Below, one piece after another: positions 19,569 through 29,484 of a DNA stretch of 64,000 nt. The position numbers and the translations under genes were made by a program. Source of the DNA: a virus (Duplodnaviria; Caudoviricetes). The notes beneath the pieces were generated by a model. It was given only the letters and a program-made list of their open reading frames with translations, ran no database searches and had not been told where the DNA came from. The stretch is from positions 64,001-128,000 of the IMG/VR virus record IMGVR_UViG_3300043821_000026; one strand, given 5' to 3'. Positions within the stretch are counted from its first letter, which is position 1; every line of letters begins with the position of its first letter.

Positions 19569-19986
19569 TTACATCACCGACATATAGTTCTAATCTTCTA
19601 TCTAAAACTTCATATATTAATCGTCTAATATAATCACATTCTGGTGATAGATATATTCCTCTACCATTCATAATATCAATATATGGCCAATCACGACATT
19701 CTCGCCATCTATCTTTCCATATATCACATACATATAATTTATAATTATCTTCATCATGTTGTAAATGTTCACATTCCATACTTGAACAGCAATTACCACA
19801 TCTAATACAGTAATCTTTTGATTGTATATAATCATAGGTAAATTCAATCGGTGTAGTAACTATAGCTTCTTCAATTATATCTGCTAAAATATCAGTATCT
19901 AAATCTGGAAATTTATTATGATAATAGTCTAATAATTCTTTTAATAATTTAAGATAGTTAGCAAATTTAGAAATTTTTTCTTCCAT
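19531..19986 (-). CDS. YkgJ-like Cys-cluster (Zn/Fe-S) protein
   Basis: 'CIRCGNCC...C..L......C.I...R...CR.WP'. Confidence 0.7.
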   Translation of the reverse strand: MEEKISKFANYLKLLKELLDYYHNKFPDLDTDILADIIEEAIVTTPIEFTYDYIQSKDYCIRCGNCCSSMECEHLQHDEDNYKLYVCDIWKDRWRECRDWPYIDIMNGRGIYLSPECDYIRRLIYEVLDRRLELYVGDVSDSWSDISKTKR

Positions 19987-20717
19987 TAGAAACCACCTTC
20001 AATACTACATCTAGGTTTATATGGACAATATTTACATAAAAATTGTCTATTGGGTTGAAAATTATTTTCTTTAATTTTATTATTAATAAAATCTAATAAT
20101 TTTAAACTTGCATTTATATCCTCTTGAGTTAATAAAGTACCTTTGTTAATTTCCCCTCTAACTTTTGCAAACCTAAAATTATTATCTCTTGTAAAAAATA
20201 TACCAACATATGAAACTGGTAACTCAAATTCGTCTTCTAATAAAACAACATAATATGAAAGTTCTAATAAATATTTTTTAACTCCACCTGTTTTACCAGT
20301 TTTATAATCTACTACCACTAGCTCCCCATCTTTAATTAATACTAAATCTGCTAAACCTGATAGGTTATATTTTAAATTATGAATATAATATTCTGCTGTA
20401 TATATTCTAAAACCTTCAGCAAAACAATCATATATAAAATCTGCAAAATGTGAAAGATGATTTTTAAATTCACTTGCTCTATCATATTGCATTAAAGCAT
20501 TATTTATATCATCGATTGACATATTTTCTATCTCTTTATTAGAATATTGTTTAACAAATAATTCAAATATTTTATGTATAGCAAGTCCTATATCTAATGC
20601 AGAGCCTTTTTCAGGACTTGGTTGTGGTAAGTTATCTATATTTTCATATTTAAATCGTCTAGGACATTGTAAATATGTATTAACCTTACTTTTTGATAAT
20701 TTCATGTATATCACCAT
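19986..20717 (-). CDS. PD-(D/E)XK exonuclease, RecB/Cas4-like with Fe-S cysteines
   Basis: 'S.S....Y..CP', 'G..IH', 'G.AD', 'VDYKTG', C-terminal 'C.YCPY...C'. Confidence 0.85.
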   Translation of the reverse strand: MVIYMKLSKSKVNTYLQCPRRFKYENIDNLPQPSPEKGSALDIGLAIHKIFELFVKQYSNKEIENMSIDDINNALMQYDRASEFKNHLSHFADFIYDCFAEGFRIYTAEYYIHNLKYNLSGLADLVLIKDGELVVVDYKTGKTGGVKKYLLELSYYVVLLEDEFELPVSYVGIFFTRDNNFRFAKVRGEINKGTLLTQEDINASLKLLDFINNKIKENNFQPNRQFLCKYCPYKPRCSIEGGF

Positions 20718-23148
20718 TTAATTTATCATTCTTCTTAACATTGGCGAACGGTTTTTTTGAGAACTTAAATTCAATATAATCAGACGCTACAATATCTTTT
20801 TCTATGTTATTATAAGCATTTGAACAACTCATAATAACAATATTTTTACCATCGTACCCATCAATTCTTAAACAGTCGTTTCCTTTTTTACTTTTAAAGT
20901 ATGTAATTTTTTTTACAACTGCATATTTTGCTTGATGTTCGTTTAAGCTTTTAATTATTGTTATATATGAATTACTAATATATTGGTACTCATTTATAAA
21001 CATTTCTTTATCCATTTCTAAATTAATAAAAAAATGTGCATAAAATTTACCCTTCCATGTATGGCATTTAACAATATATGGGTCACCAACTTTAAGGTTA
21101 TCAATATATCGATTTAATACATTTTGATTTACACTAATAGATATATTATTACCTTTATCTTGAATATGGATAATACTGTATCCTTTTTTGTTATCTATAT
21201 CTATACATATTCCTTTAATATATACTTCATCAACATCAATGTTGGGATTGATATCATCAGTATTTGTTATATATCTATCATATTCGGTTTCATATTTATT
21301 AATCAACTCTTCATGAGGGCTAAATTTTAATACTGCATATTCATATTTTAGCCTATCTTTATCAGACCAATCTTCATCAACTTTATCTTGATTAAATGTG
21401 TTATATATTTCATTTCTGTTCCCAAATCTATCAAATGCACCTGCATATATTAGATTATTAACTACAGATTTATTAACTTTTCTTGGTCGTCTTTTTTGTA
21501 AAAATAAATCAAATGAAAAATAAGGCTGATGTAGTAAAATTTCTTCAATAGCTTTATCTCCAACTTTATCAATAGTTGATAGTCCCATATAAATATTTTT
21601 TCCCATAAATATAGTATCTCTTTGAGATATATTAATATCAGGATTATGTAAAACTAAATCCATATTTTTTATTTCAGATAATATTTTATTCTTTTTTTCA
21701 TCATCTTTTGTATGATTTAAACAAGCTACAGAAAATTCTGCTGGATAATATGTTTTTAAATACCCTGTATAATAACTTATTACTGCATAATTTTTAGCAT
21801 GAGCTTTATTAAAACTATATGAACTAGATTTTTCAATCTTATCCCATATTAATTCTGCTGTTTCTTTAGATACGTTATTATTAAGACAACCATCAATAAA
21901 CTTTGGTTTATATTCAGTAAAAATATAATCTAATTTCTTACCAATACCTTTTCTTATATTATCTGCATCAACATCAGTTAATCCTGCTAATACCATACAT
22001 ATTTTCATTGCTTGTTCTTGATAAACAATTGCACCTTTTGTTTCTTTTAATATAGGCTCTAATCTTGGGTCATCATATTCAATTTCCTCTTCACCAAATT
22101 TTCGTGCAATATATCTATCTGCATCACCAGAATCCTGTGAACCGGGTCTTACTAAAGCTAAAGCCGCAATTAAATCATTAAAGCAATCTGGTTTCATCTT
22201 TTTAATATATGATGATGCTGATGGAGTTTCTAATTGAAATATATTTAATGGATTTTTTAGTATTGTATTATAAACTTTTTTATCTTCATATTCTGTTGGT
22301 AATTTAAAGGTATCATTATTAATTAATTTAATTGTATCTTCAATAATAGATAATGTATTTAATCCTAATGTATCATTTTTTAAAAATTTTAAACTATCAC
22401 ATCTATGACCATCATAGGATACACAATCTACACCATTAACTCTTACTGTTGATGAATAATTCTCTATTGAATCAGGGAATAATAATGTCCCACCTGCGTG
22501 AATACCATATGCCTTTATTAATCCATTAATTTTTTTAAAATTTTGTTCAACTTTTGGATATTTATTAAAGAAATCCTGTACTTTTTTGATTTCGTATATA
22601 TCATCAACAGTCATATCATCAGTTATTAGAGATGTTATTTGATTTACTTCTTTAAATGGTACATTAAATACTCGTGATACATCTTTAATACTAGTTTTAA
22701 TTGTGAATCTTATTAAATTTGGAATACTAAATGCACAATCTCTACCAAATTTATCTTTAATTAAATCTAATGCTTCTTGTCTTCTTGTTTTAGGAATATC
22801 TGTATCTATATCAGGCATTGAGTTTTTAATTCTAGTTTTATTTATAAAACGAGAAAACATTAATCCTTCTTTTAATGGGTCAGTAGAAACTATATTAAGA
22901 CAATAACATAATAAACTACCACCTGCTGAACCTCTACCGGGACCTAAAAACATTCCTTCAGATTTTAAAAGATTGCATATATAAGAAGTGTTTAAAAAAA
23001 AGTCAGATAGATTTGCATCAGTAATAATATCAAGTTCCATTCTTAATCTATCTTCGTATTCTTTACCTGATAAATGTCTTTTCTTAAAGCCTTTTAAAGC
23101 CATTTTTCTTAAATAATCATCATTGTTTATATTAAATGTTTGTTGCAT
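20686..23148 (-). CDS. dnaE: Family C DNA polymerase (DnaE/Pol III alpha) catalytic core plus OB fold
   Basis: 'GPGRGSAGGSL', 'PDIDTD', 'HAGG', 'K.D.LGL', 'IFQLE', 'RPG', 'YQEQ', 'YSFNKAHA'. Likely start MQQTF overlaps the PHP gene stop (TAATG). Confidence 0.93.
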   Translation of the reverse strand: MQQTFNINNDDYLRKMALKGFKKRHLSGKEYEDRLRMELDIITDANLSDFFLNTSYICNLLKSEGMFLGPGRGSAGGSLLCYCLNIVSTDPLKEGLMFSRFINKTRIKNSMPDIDTDIPKTRRQEALDLIKDKFGRDCAFSIPNLIRFTIKTSIKDVSRVFNVPFKEVNQITSLITDDMTVDDIYEIKKVQDFFNKYPKVEQNFKKINGLIKAYGIHAGGTLLFPDSIENYSSTVRVNGVDCVSYDGHRCDSLKFLKNDTLGLNTLSIIEDTIKLINNDTFKLPTEYEDKKVYNTILKNPLNIFQLETPSASSYIKKMKPDCFNDLIAALALVRPGSQDSGDADRYIARKFGEEEIEYDDPRLEPILKETKGAIVYQEQAMKICMVLAGLTDVDADNIRKGIGKKLDYIFTEYKPKFIDGCLNNNVSKETAELIWDKIEKSSSYSFNKAHAKNYAVISYYTGYLKTYYPAEFSVACLNHTKDDEKKNKILSEIKNMDLVLHNPDINISQRDTIFMGKNIYMGLSTIDKVGDKAIEEILLHQPYFSFDLFLQKRRPRKVNKSVVNNLIYAGAFDRFGNRNEIYNTFNQDKVDEDWSDKDRLKYEYAVLKFSPHEELINKYETEYDRYITNTDDINPNIDVDEVYIKGICIDIDNKKGYSIIHIQDKGNNISISVNQNVLNRYIDNLKVGDPYIVKCHTWKGKFYAHFFINLEMDKEMFINEYQYISNSYITIIKSLNEHQAKYAVVKKITYFKSKKGNDCLRIDGYDGKNIVIMSCSNAYNNIEKDIVASDYIEFKFSKKPFANVKKNDKLNGDIHEIIKK

Positions 23149-24053
23149 TAGCACCACCAATCCTCATCAAATAAAGCATCTAATTCTTCGTATCGATTAA
23201 ATTCAGGTATACGAACTTGAGGTTCTTCTAATTGAGCATTACATTTATTTGTAATATCAATTGTATTTTTAAATGATTTCTTTAATATATCCTCATGTTC
23301 AAAGCCACTTTGTTCTGCCCATAATTTTATCCTATCAGGACTTCCTAAAGAATTAGATTCCATTGATTGATAAACATCTTCGATATTTTTATGATATCCA
23401 ATTGCTTCTATAATATTTCTAACATTAGCGTCTTCAGGATTTAAAAAATGTGAATCAGATGTTACTATTGTTGGAATACCTAATTCATCATTTAAAGTTA
23501 CAATACCTTCATTAATTTTTGCTTGAGCTTCAAATTTAGGGTGCATTTGTAATTCAAGATAATAATCTTCACCAAATTTTTCATAAAAATTTTCTGCAAT
23601 TTTATATGCTTTTTGATAATCATCTTTCATTAATGCTTCTCCTATATCACCTAATGCACAAGCAGAAGTGATAACTAATCCATCAGGATTTTTCCATAAT
23701 TCTTCATATGATAATATTGGTTTGTAATAAAAATTATCGTTAGCTATTTTATTTAATTTTCGAATATTATATAATCCTTGTTGATTTTTTGCTAATACTA
23801 TTAAATGTCTTCTATCTTTTGTCTTCTCTCCAGTATATGTAGTTCTACAATAAAATTCACAACCAAATATAGGTTTTATATTTTTTTCTTTAAAAGCATC
23901 ATTAATATCATACCATGCACCAATAGACGCATGGTCTGTTATAGCACAAGCTTGTTGATTAAAATCACTTAATAATGAAGCTAAGTCATTTGGTTTAATT
24001 ATTGCGTCTAATATACTCCATGTTGAATGTAAATGTAAGTTTGTAAAATTCAT
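23148..24053 (-). CDS. Stand-alone PHP domain of DnaE (N-terminal part of a split polymerase)
   Basis: 'LHLHS.WS.LD', 'AITDH', 'G.E.Y', 'HL..LAKN', 'SAC..G', 'TSDSH'. Confidence 0.9.
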   Translation of the reverse strand: MNFTNLHLHSTWSILDAIIKPNDLASLLSDFNQQACAITDHASIGAWYDINDAFKEKNIKPIFGCEFYCRTTYTGEKTKDRRHLIVLAKNQQGLYNIRKLNKIANDNFYYKPILSYEELWKNPDGLVITSACALGDIGEALMKDDYQKAYKIAENFYEKFGEDYYLELQMHPKFEAQAKINEGIVTLNDELGIPTIVTSDSHFLNPEDANVRNIIEAIGYHKNIEDVYQSMESNSLGSPDRIKLWAEQSGFEHEDILKKSFKNTIDITNKCNAQLEEPQVRIPEFNRYEELDALFDEDWWC

Positions 24054-24251
24054 TTATATACCTTTTAATTGTTTAACTGTAACACCAAATAGTACTGTCG
24101 GTTCAGGTATAATTATACTTATTATATTTTCGTATATATCTAAGCCAACTTCTATACCATAAGAATACCGACGCTCAACTATTGTAGTGTCTACGTTTTT
24201 TATAAATCTTAATTCATCAAATTCTTCATTATATTCGATGTTCCAATTCAT
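24054..24251 (-). CDS. DUF2283-like small protein
   Basis: 'Y..E.D.L.F...GI...D....II.I.I' pattern; paralog at 28359-28667. Confidence 0.45.
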   Translation of the reverse strand: MNWNIEYNEEFDELRFIKNVDTTIVERRYSYGIEVGLDIYENIISIIIPEPTVLFGVTVKQLKGI

Positions 24252-25147
24252 TCATCATCATTCTCACCATCATCTTCGTTGGGGATATTTGAAAAAAGTG
24301 AATTAATTTTACCAGCGTCCCAAACATATTTATTAAGTTTGTTATTAACTGTAGCGAAAACCACTTTCTTTTTTATATTTAAAATATTTGAACGGTCTTT
24401 ATCCATCATTGCAATAAAGTTAATAACATGAGGATTTTTTTCATCTTGTTCTTTGGAATATATTAATCTATGAGAACAGGAACTATGTAGTCTTTGTTTA
24501 ACAGATGCAAATTTTTCATCATCAGGTTGTCTAATGAAATCATCATGTCCAATAAAGAAACAATCAATTGGTAATTGTAAAAATACTTCAGTACATTCAC
24601 GGAAATTTTTAGCTCTAATTTTCCAGAATTGAGTATTTGCACCTGAATCAGGAGCTATATTTTTTTCTTCTCTCATTAAATTTTCACATGATTCAAGTAA
24701 AAAACTAATTCCATCAATGATAATAGCTCTAATTTTCATTCCTTCATCTGATAGTTCAGATATAGCTTGTGCGGCAGACCTAAGATTATCTACAAGACCT
24801 TGATGGTCAATAACTGATACACCTTTTGCATTAACCATTGTTGCATATGGGTTGTAATGTTTTATCATATCTTTTTGATATGAATCAAAATTAAATTCTT
24901 TAATAATTTCTAATGCACTATTATCAATATCAATAACAATGATTTTTTCATCTTCGCTCATATCTTGTAATAACATTGATATAACACTACCAGTTTTGCC
25001 TGTAGAATCTGCTCCTAAACATAATACATTTTTAGGAGTTTTAGGATTCATTACTACATTACTTTGTTCAAATATTTCTTTAATTTCATCTTTCAATGTT
25101 TTTCTTGGTTTTCTTGTTGCTTCTGCTTTCTCTTTAAACATTATCAT
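24248..25147 (-). CDS. P-loop ATPase (AAA_24/Sak4/RecA-like recombination protein)
   Basis: Walker A 'GADSTGKT', 'IDID', Walker B 'IIIDG', 'FIGH'. Confidence 0.7.
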   Translation of the reverse strand: MIMFKEKAEATRKPRKTLKDEIKEIFEQSNVVMNPKTPKNVLCLGADSTGKTGSVISMLLQDMSEDEKIIVIDIDNSALEIIKEFNFDSYQKDMIKHYNPYATMVNAKGVSVIDHQGLVDNLRSAAQAISELSDEGMKIRAIIIDGISFLLESCENLMREEKNIAPDSGANTQFWKIRAKNFRECTEVFLQLPIDCFFIGHDDFIRQPDDEKFASVKQRLHSSCSHRLIYSKEQDEKNPHVINFIAMMDKDRSNILNIKKKVVFATVNNKLNKYVWDAGKINSLFSNIPNEDDGENDDE

Positions 25148-25483
25148 TCACCTCATTACGAACTTTTTGTAATCGTTCGTATATAAAACCTCTTAATTGT
25201 GGAGTTTGTATATATTTTAAATCATCTTCAAGCATTTCTATTTCTTTTAAATTATTATTCTTGTTGCTCATTATTTTCACCTTCTTTTTTAGGTGGGTTT
25301 AAAAACATTAATCGTTCAAACATATCATTTTGATACTTCCACAATAAATTTTCTGCATATGCATATACCATAGGATGTTTGATATTTTGCATATCAATTC
25401 TTAAAATTTGTATTTTAGAGCGAAGACTTCTTGTCATATTACTCATTATGACAAGAGGGTCTTCAAATTCGCTATCTCCCATT

Positions 25484-26485
25484 CTAACCAACTGGATTAA
25501 CAAATGGTAATATACCTAATAAATTACAGCCAACTTCTCCATCGGATTTAACATAAACTGATAAAATAGCAATTACATCAGCTTCTTCTGAAAATATTGG
25601 TAATGTTTTACGAACTTCAGGACTAATCCAACAGTTAAAATCACTCATATCATTATCTGCTAATCTAATAAATGTTGATTTATTTGGGTCATTACTATTA
25701 CCTTTTTCTAATACAGAGCCTTGCATAATAACACAATTATTTCTTGGTAAATCTCTTTGCTCTGCAAATTCAATTAATTCATCATAATTTTCAACAAACC
25801 ATTCTTTAGGTAATACACTAGATAATTCATCATATACTTCATTCATAGCAGTAAAAGTTAATGGCATTTCGTTATTATCTAATACTGTATAATTATTTAA
25901 TAAAAACATATTGGATTTAAACATCTTATCTTCGTTACCATCTTTTTTACATAACTCAATAGGTTGGAATAATGGAACATTAGTATCTACATTAAAAGGA
26001 GCTAAAAATATACTATGAGGTTCTAATTCATCATTTTTATTCATGAATACACCATAATATTTACCTTTAGCAGTTTCTTCAGGTATAATACCATCATTAA
26101 ATGGGTCGCTTTCATCATAAAGATAATTACCTTCAGAATCTACATAACCTACATTTTGAGCTTCTTCTGTAGTATGGTTTTTAAGATATTCTGTAATTTC
26201 TTGTCTACGTCTAGCAGAAAAATCTTTATTTCTTTCACGTGCAAAAAGATATCCCTTAATACTGTCGCAATCTGATGTTTTTCTTTTTCTTAAAGAACCT
26301 ATAAATCTACGATATACTCTTCTTTCTTTTTCACTATCATCAATATTATCGTCTTTAATATCACTAAAAAGTGCTTGACATCTATTAACAAAGTCGTCTT
26401 CATTTATATTATTATCTTCAGCAACTTTCATTGCTTGTGCTTTTAATTCATCGTTGCTAATAATTTTTATTGGCATATATTTCAC
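25484..26485 (-). CDS. Putative ssDNA-binding (OB-fold) protein
   Basis: Acidic protein, first gene of the replication operon, with an OB-like C-terminus; positional inference. Confidence 0.35.
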   Translation of the reverse strand: MKYMPIKIISNDELKAQAMKVAEDNNINEDDFVNRCQALFSDIKDDNIDDSEKERRVYRRFIGSLRKRKTSDCDSIKGYLFARERNKDFSARRRQEITEYLKNHTTEEAQNVGYVDSEGNYLYDESDPFNDGIIPEETAKGKYYGVFMNKNDELEPHSIFLAPFNVDTNVPLFQPIELCKKDGNEDKMFKSNMFLLNNYTVLDNNEMPLTFTAMNEVYDELSSVLPKEWFVENYDELIEFAEQRDLPRNNCVIMQGSVLEKGNSNDPNKSTFIRLADNDMSDFNCWISPEVRKTLPIFSEEADVIAILSVYVKSDGEVGCNLLGILPFVNPVG

Positions 26486-26626
26486 CTCGATTTTTATACA
26501 TGAAAAAATTTATATTAGAAATTTCTTCACATAATTAATATCTATCTGTTAGTATATAAAGGTATCGATTAAAATATTTTTTCTTTATATACTACATAAA
26601 ATAACTATAGTTAATGGGGTGTTAAT

Positions 26627-27160
26627 ATAAAAAAAAGAGAATTAACTGAAGATGAAATTAACTTCATAAAAAGTAATTATTCATTTTATGGTAAAAACAT
26701 CGCATCTAAAATAAAAAACTATAGTTTTAAGGATATTGAGAATGTGAAAAAGGAAATGAATGAAGAAGAAGAATATTTACTACCTAAAACAACATTTAAT
26801 TCTGACTTAACAAATCCAAAACATGGTAGACAACGATTATTAGAAATATCTTTACAAGCATTAACTGAAGATGATAGACAACAAATATATCAAATTGCAA
26901 AAAATGTTCCAGAACCTAAAGATTTAATTGATAATGTTATCACTATACAACATTATAGATTAAATAAGGGATTAGAAAGAGAAGAGGAACTAGGAACATT
27001 AACTGAAGAAACAGAAACTGCTATTCAAAATTTAGTTACAATGATAACTGCAAAAAAACAAATAGAAGATGGTTCTGATATTAATCTTAATGTACAAAAT
27101 ACCTTTGATAATTTAATAGAAAAGGCTAAAAAAGAAGAGAATGAAATAAAATATGAATGA
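26627..27160 (+). CDS. Terminase small subunit-like protein, probable ATA start
   Basis: Frame is open 39 codons upstream of the GTG at 26744, to an ATA 5 nt after GGGGTG; 'KHG' motif, helical body, 'INLNV' tail; divergent TATA at 26584. Confidence 0.45.
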   Translation: MKKRELTEDEINFIKSNYSFYGKNIASKIKNYSFKDIENVKKEMNEEEEYLLPKTTFNSDLTNPKHGRQRLLEISLQALTEDDRQQIYQIAKNVPEPKDLIDNVITIQHYRLNKGLEREEELGTLTEETETAIQNLVTMITAKKQIEDGSDINLNVQNTFDNLIEKAKKEENEIKYE

Positions 27161-27169
27161 GGTAATAAA

Positions 27170-27427
27170 ATGGAAAAACAGAATTTTACAGAAAAAGAGA
27201 TTGAAGAAATGAAAGATGAATTTGATAAATCTTTAAAAGAATTTCATGATAAAGCAGTTCCTGATATTATTAAAACATTAGGAACTTACCCACCAATTGT
27301 TGCATTATTTGGTATTGGCTCTATAGCTAATGCAATTATTAAACAACAATTTGAAAACGATGAAGACTTAAGAGAACAATTTATGATGTATATGTCTTCA
27401 ACAAATATTGATGAAGTTAATCAGTAA
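27170..27427 (+). CDS. Hypothetical protein
   Basis: GAGGT RBS; co-oriented with the upstream gene. Confidence 0.55.
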   Translation: MEKQNFTEKEIEEMKDEFDKSLKEFHDKAVPDIIKTLGTYPPIVALFGIGSIANAIIKQQFENDEDLREQFMMYMSSTNIDEVNQ

Positions 27428-27739
27428 TCTTTAATACTTGATTAACTGTCTTAATTTTTTTTACCCAAAATTGAAAATCAGTATATATTTTTTTTCTTTT
27501 AACAATAAAATGAGTATCCATATCTGTTATTAAATAACAAATATAGTCATCGTAAAAATAGATAATTTCTTTACTTTTTTTTAAATCAGATTCATTAATT
27601 TTTCTATTATAAATAATCATAACAACACCTTTTTTATATATGTAATTTACCTCGACTTTCCCCAATTATAATGAAGCCACGAGCTTTCTTTTATATTGCA
27701 AATACAATAGCGAGGTGTATTATCGTGGTTTCAATTGAA

Positions 27740-28060
27740 TTACATTGAATTTATTTGTTCTGCTTTTTCTAATAATATTTTATTTAATGTTGTCTGAAAA
27801 TTATAATAATCAGATACAATTTTACTATCAAAATTTAAGAAAAATTGATTATCTGATATTTTTATTAAAATATCAAAATCTGTTAAAATTTCAGGCATAA
27901 CAGTATAAAAATCTAAATCATTTTTATATAAATCTGAAATTTCTTTTCGAGATAATACATCATAACGATTATGATATTCACTATCAAGAAGAGTTAAAAT
28001 ATCCTCTGGGTAGAGGGTATTTTTTTCTCTTGATTTTTTTAAAAAGGAAAATATAAAAAT
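27740..28060 (-). CDS. Hypothetical protein (~106 aa) with non-canonical ATT/ATA start, not in ORF track
   Basis: Stop-free frame fills the gap downstream of an AAGGAG RBS. Confidence 0.5.
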   Translation of the reverse strand: MFIFSFLKKSREKNTLYPEDILTLLDSEYHNRYDVLSRKEISDLYKNDLDFYTVMPEILTDFDILIKISDNQFFLNFDSKIVSDYYNFQTTLNKILLEKAEQINSM

Positions 28061-28068
28061 ACTCTCCT

Positions 28069-28308
28069 TTAAACCCCAATTTGGGTAGTTAATTCTTCAG
28101 TCTTTAATTGTTCAGCAACATCAATTCTTTTTTCTTCACTCAATTGTGTAGCAATATATCCAATAATTGCAACAATAGTTGGAGCAAAAACCTTTAATTC
28201 AGTAGGTAATAATGGTAATAGTTGGTCTACTGTCACATAGCTTAAAATAGTTGCTATGAAAGAAATGATATTGATTGTTCGACTTTTCCATTTATATGTT
28301 TCTGTCAT
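28069..28308 (-). CDS. Holin-like two-TM membrane protein
   Basis: 'WKSRT' N-terminus, two hydrophobic helices, charged tail. Confidence 0.6.
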   Translation of the reverse strand: MTETYKWKSRTINIISFIATILSYVTVDQLLPLLPTELKVFAPTIVAIIGYIATQLSEEKRIDVAEQLKTEELTTQIGV

Positions 28309-28639
28309 GATTAATTACCTCTAAATTAAAACTATTTTTTTTGTAGTATATAACTATATTAAATTTTTATTATTATCGGAAATGGTTGTATATTTCCTAC
28401 TTGTACATAAAATATTACTTTATTACCATTATCTGTACAATCATATTGCGTATTAATAACACTAATATTACCTTGTACAGGAAAATTAAGTTGTTTTTGA
28501 ATATGTGGACAAACTATTCTAATAATATTACCATCAGTTGTATATTCAATATTAGCACCATTACACATTTTAGCACATACTATATCGTCATCATTATGTT
28601 CTAAATTAATATGTAATTCATCTAAATAATCAACATATT

Positions 28640-29221
28640 CTACTTCTTTGATTGACAACTTTGACAACCTCTTTGTTTAATCTTTGTTTCTATATTATAT
28701 TTATACTCTATATCTTCATTAAAACTACTTGCCTCTTCATACATAAGATTTAATACTCGATTTTTATCTTCATCACTAACTGATGGGTCAAATCCAATAA
28801 TATAAGTTATTTCATATGGTTCTTGATGGAAATATTTATGGGAAAATTCAGTTACAATATCACTATTAATAACCTGCACATTAAAAATTGCACTTGTAAT
28901 TTCACTATATTTTGTAGCTAAATTAGCATAAAATTCAGTAGCTTCCTGTAAAGTACTAACTATAGATTCTATACTATTAACAACTGATTTATCATACCCA
29001 TCATAAAGATAATATTTAAATTTACCGTCCATTAAGTACATACATACAGATTGTACCCCTTGAGTAAATTCTATATCTTCAGGTTTTTTATTTCCGTCAA
29101 GCATCATAAGTCTTACGCGAAAATTATTTTCATTTAATTCTTCAACTAATCTTTGAGTATATTGATAACATTTTTCACAACCAAATTTATGTAAAATATA
29201 TAATCTTATACTTCTATACAT
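28640..29221 (-). CDS. Thioredoxin/glutaredoxin-like CxxC protein
   Basis: N-terminal 'LYILHKFGCEKC' strand-CxxC-helix pattern. Confidence 0.35.
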   Translation of the reverse strand: MYRSIRLYILHKFGCEKCYQYTQRLVEELNENNFRVRLMMLDGNKKPEDIEFTQGVQSVCMYLMDGKFKYYLYDGYDKSVVNSIESIVSTLQEATEFYANLATKYSEITSAIFNVQVINSDIVTEFSHKYFHQEPYEITYIIGFDPSVSDEDKNRVLNLMYEEASSFNEDIEYKYNIETKIKQRGCQSCQSKK

Positions 29222-29484
29222 TCTTTAACCTCAAATTTATTAATAAAGTTTTTAGTACCTACAGTTTTGGGTAAGCATGATGAAAATCTATCTAATACGT
29301 ATTTATTTACATATACAGTACCCGGATTGATTAACCATATATATTCTTGATAAAAATCATTACAAAATTCATCAGTAATATTTGTAATATTAGTAAAATC
29401 AAAAGCTACAACAGAAACTTTATTAATACTATCAAAAATTTTACTAACATCTTTATTAATATATTTATCCATTATTAAAAGCAT
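29206..29484 (-). CDS. STAS-like (DUF4325-type) protein
   Basis: 'V.FDF.NI..I...F..DF' motif; paralogous domain at the N-terminus of 46483-46977. Confidence 0.45.
   Translation of the reverse strand: MLLIMDKYINKDVSKIFDSINKVSVVAFDFTNITNITDEFCNDFYQEYIWLINPGTVYVNKYVLDRFSSCLPKTVGTKNFINKFEVKECIEV

Noticed and set aside
19986-20717. Cas4-like nuclease as evidence of a CRISPR-Cas system
   Set aside because: No repeat-spacer array or other cas genes seen; solo PD-(D/E)XK nucleases are routine in viral replication modules.
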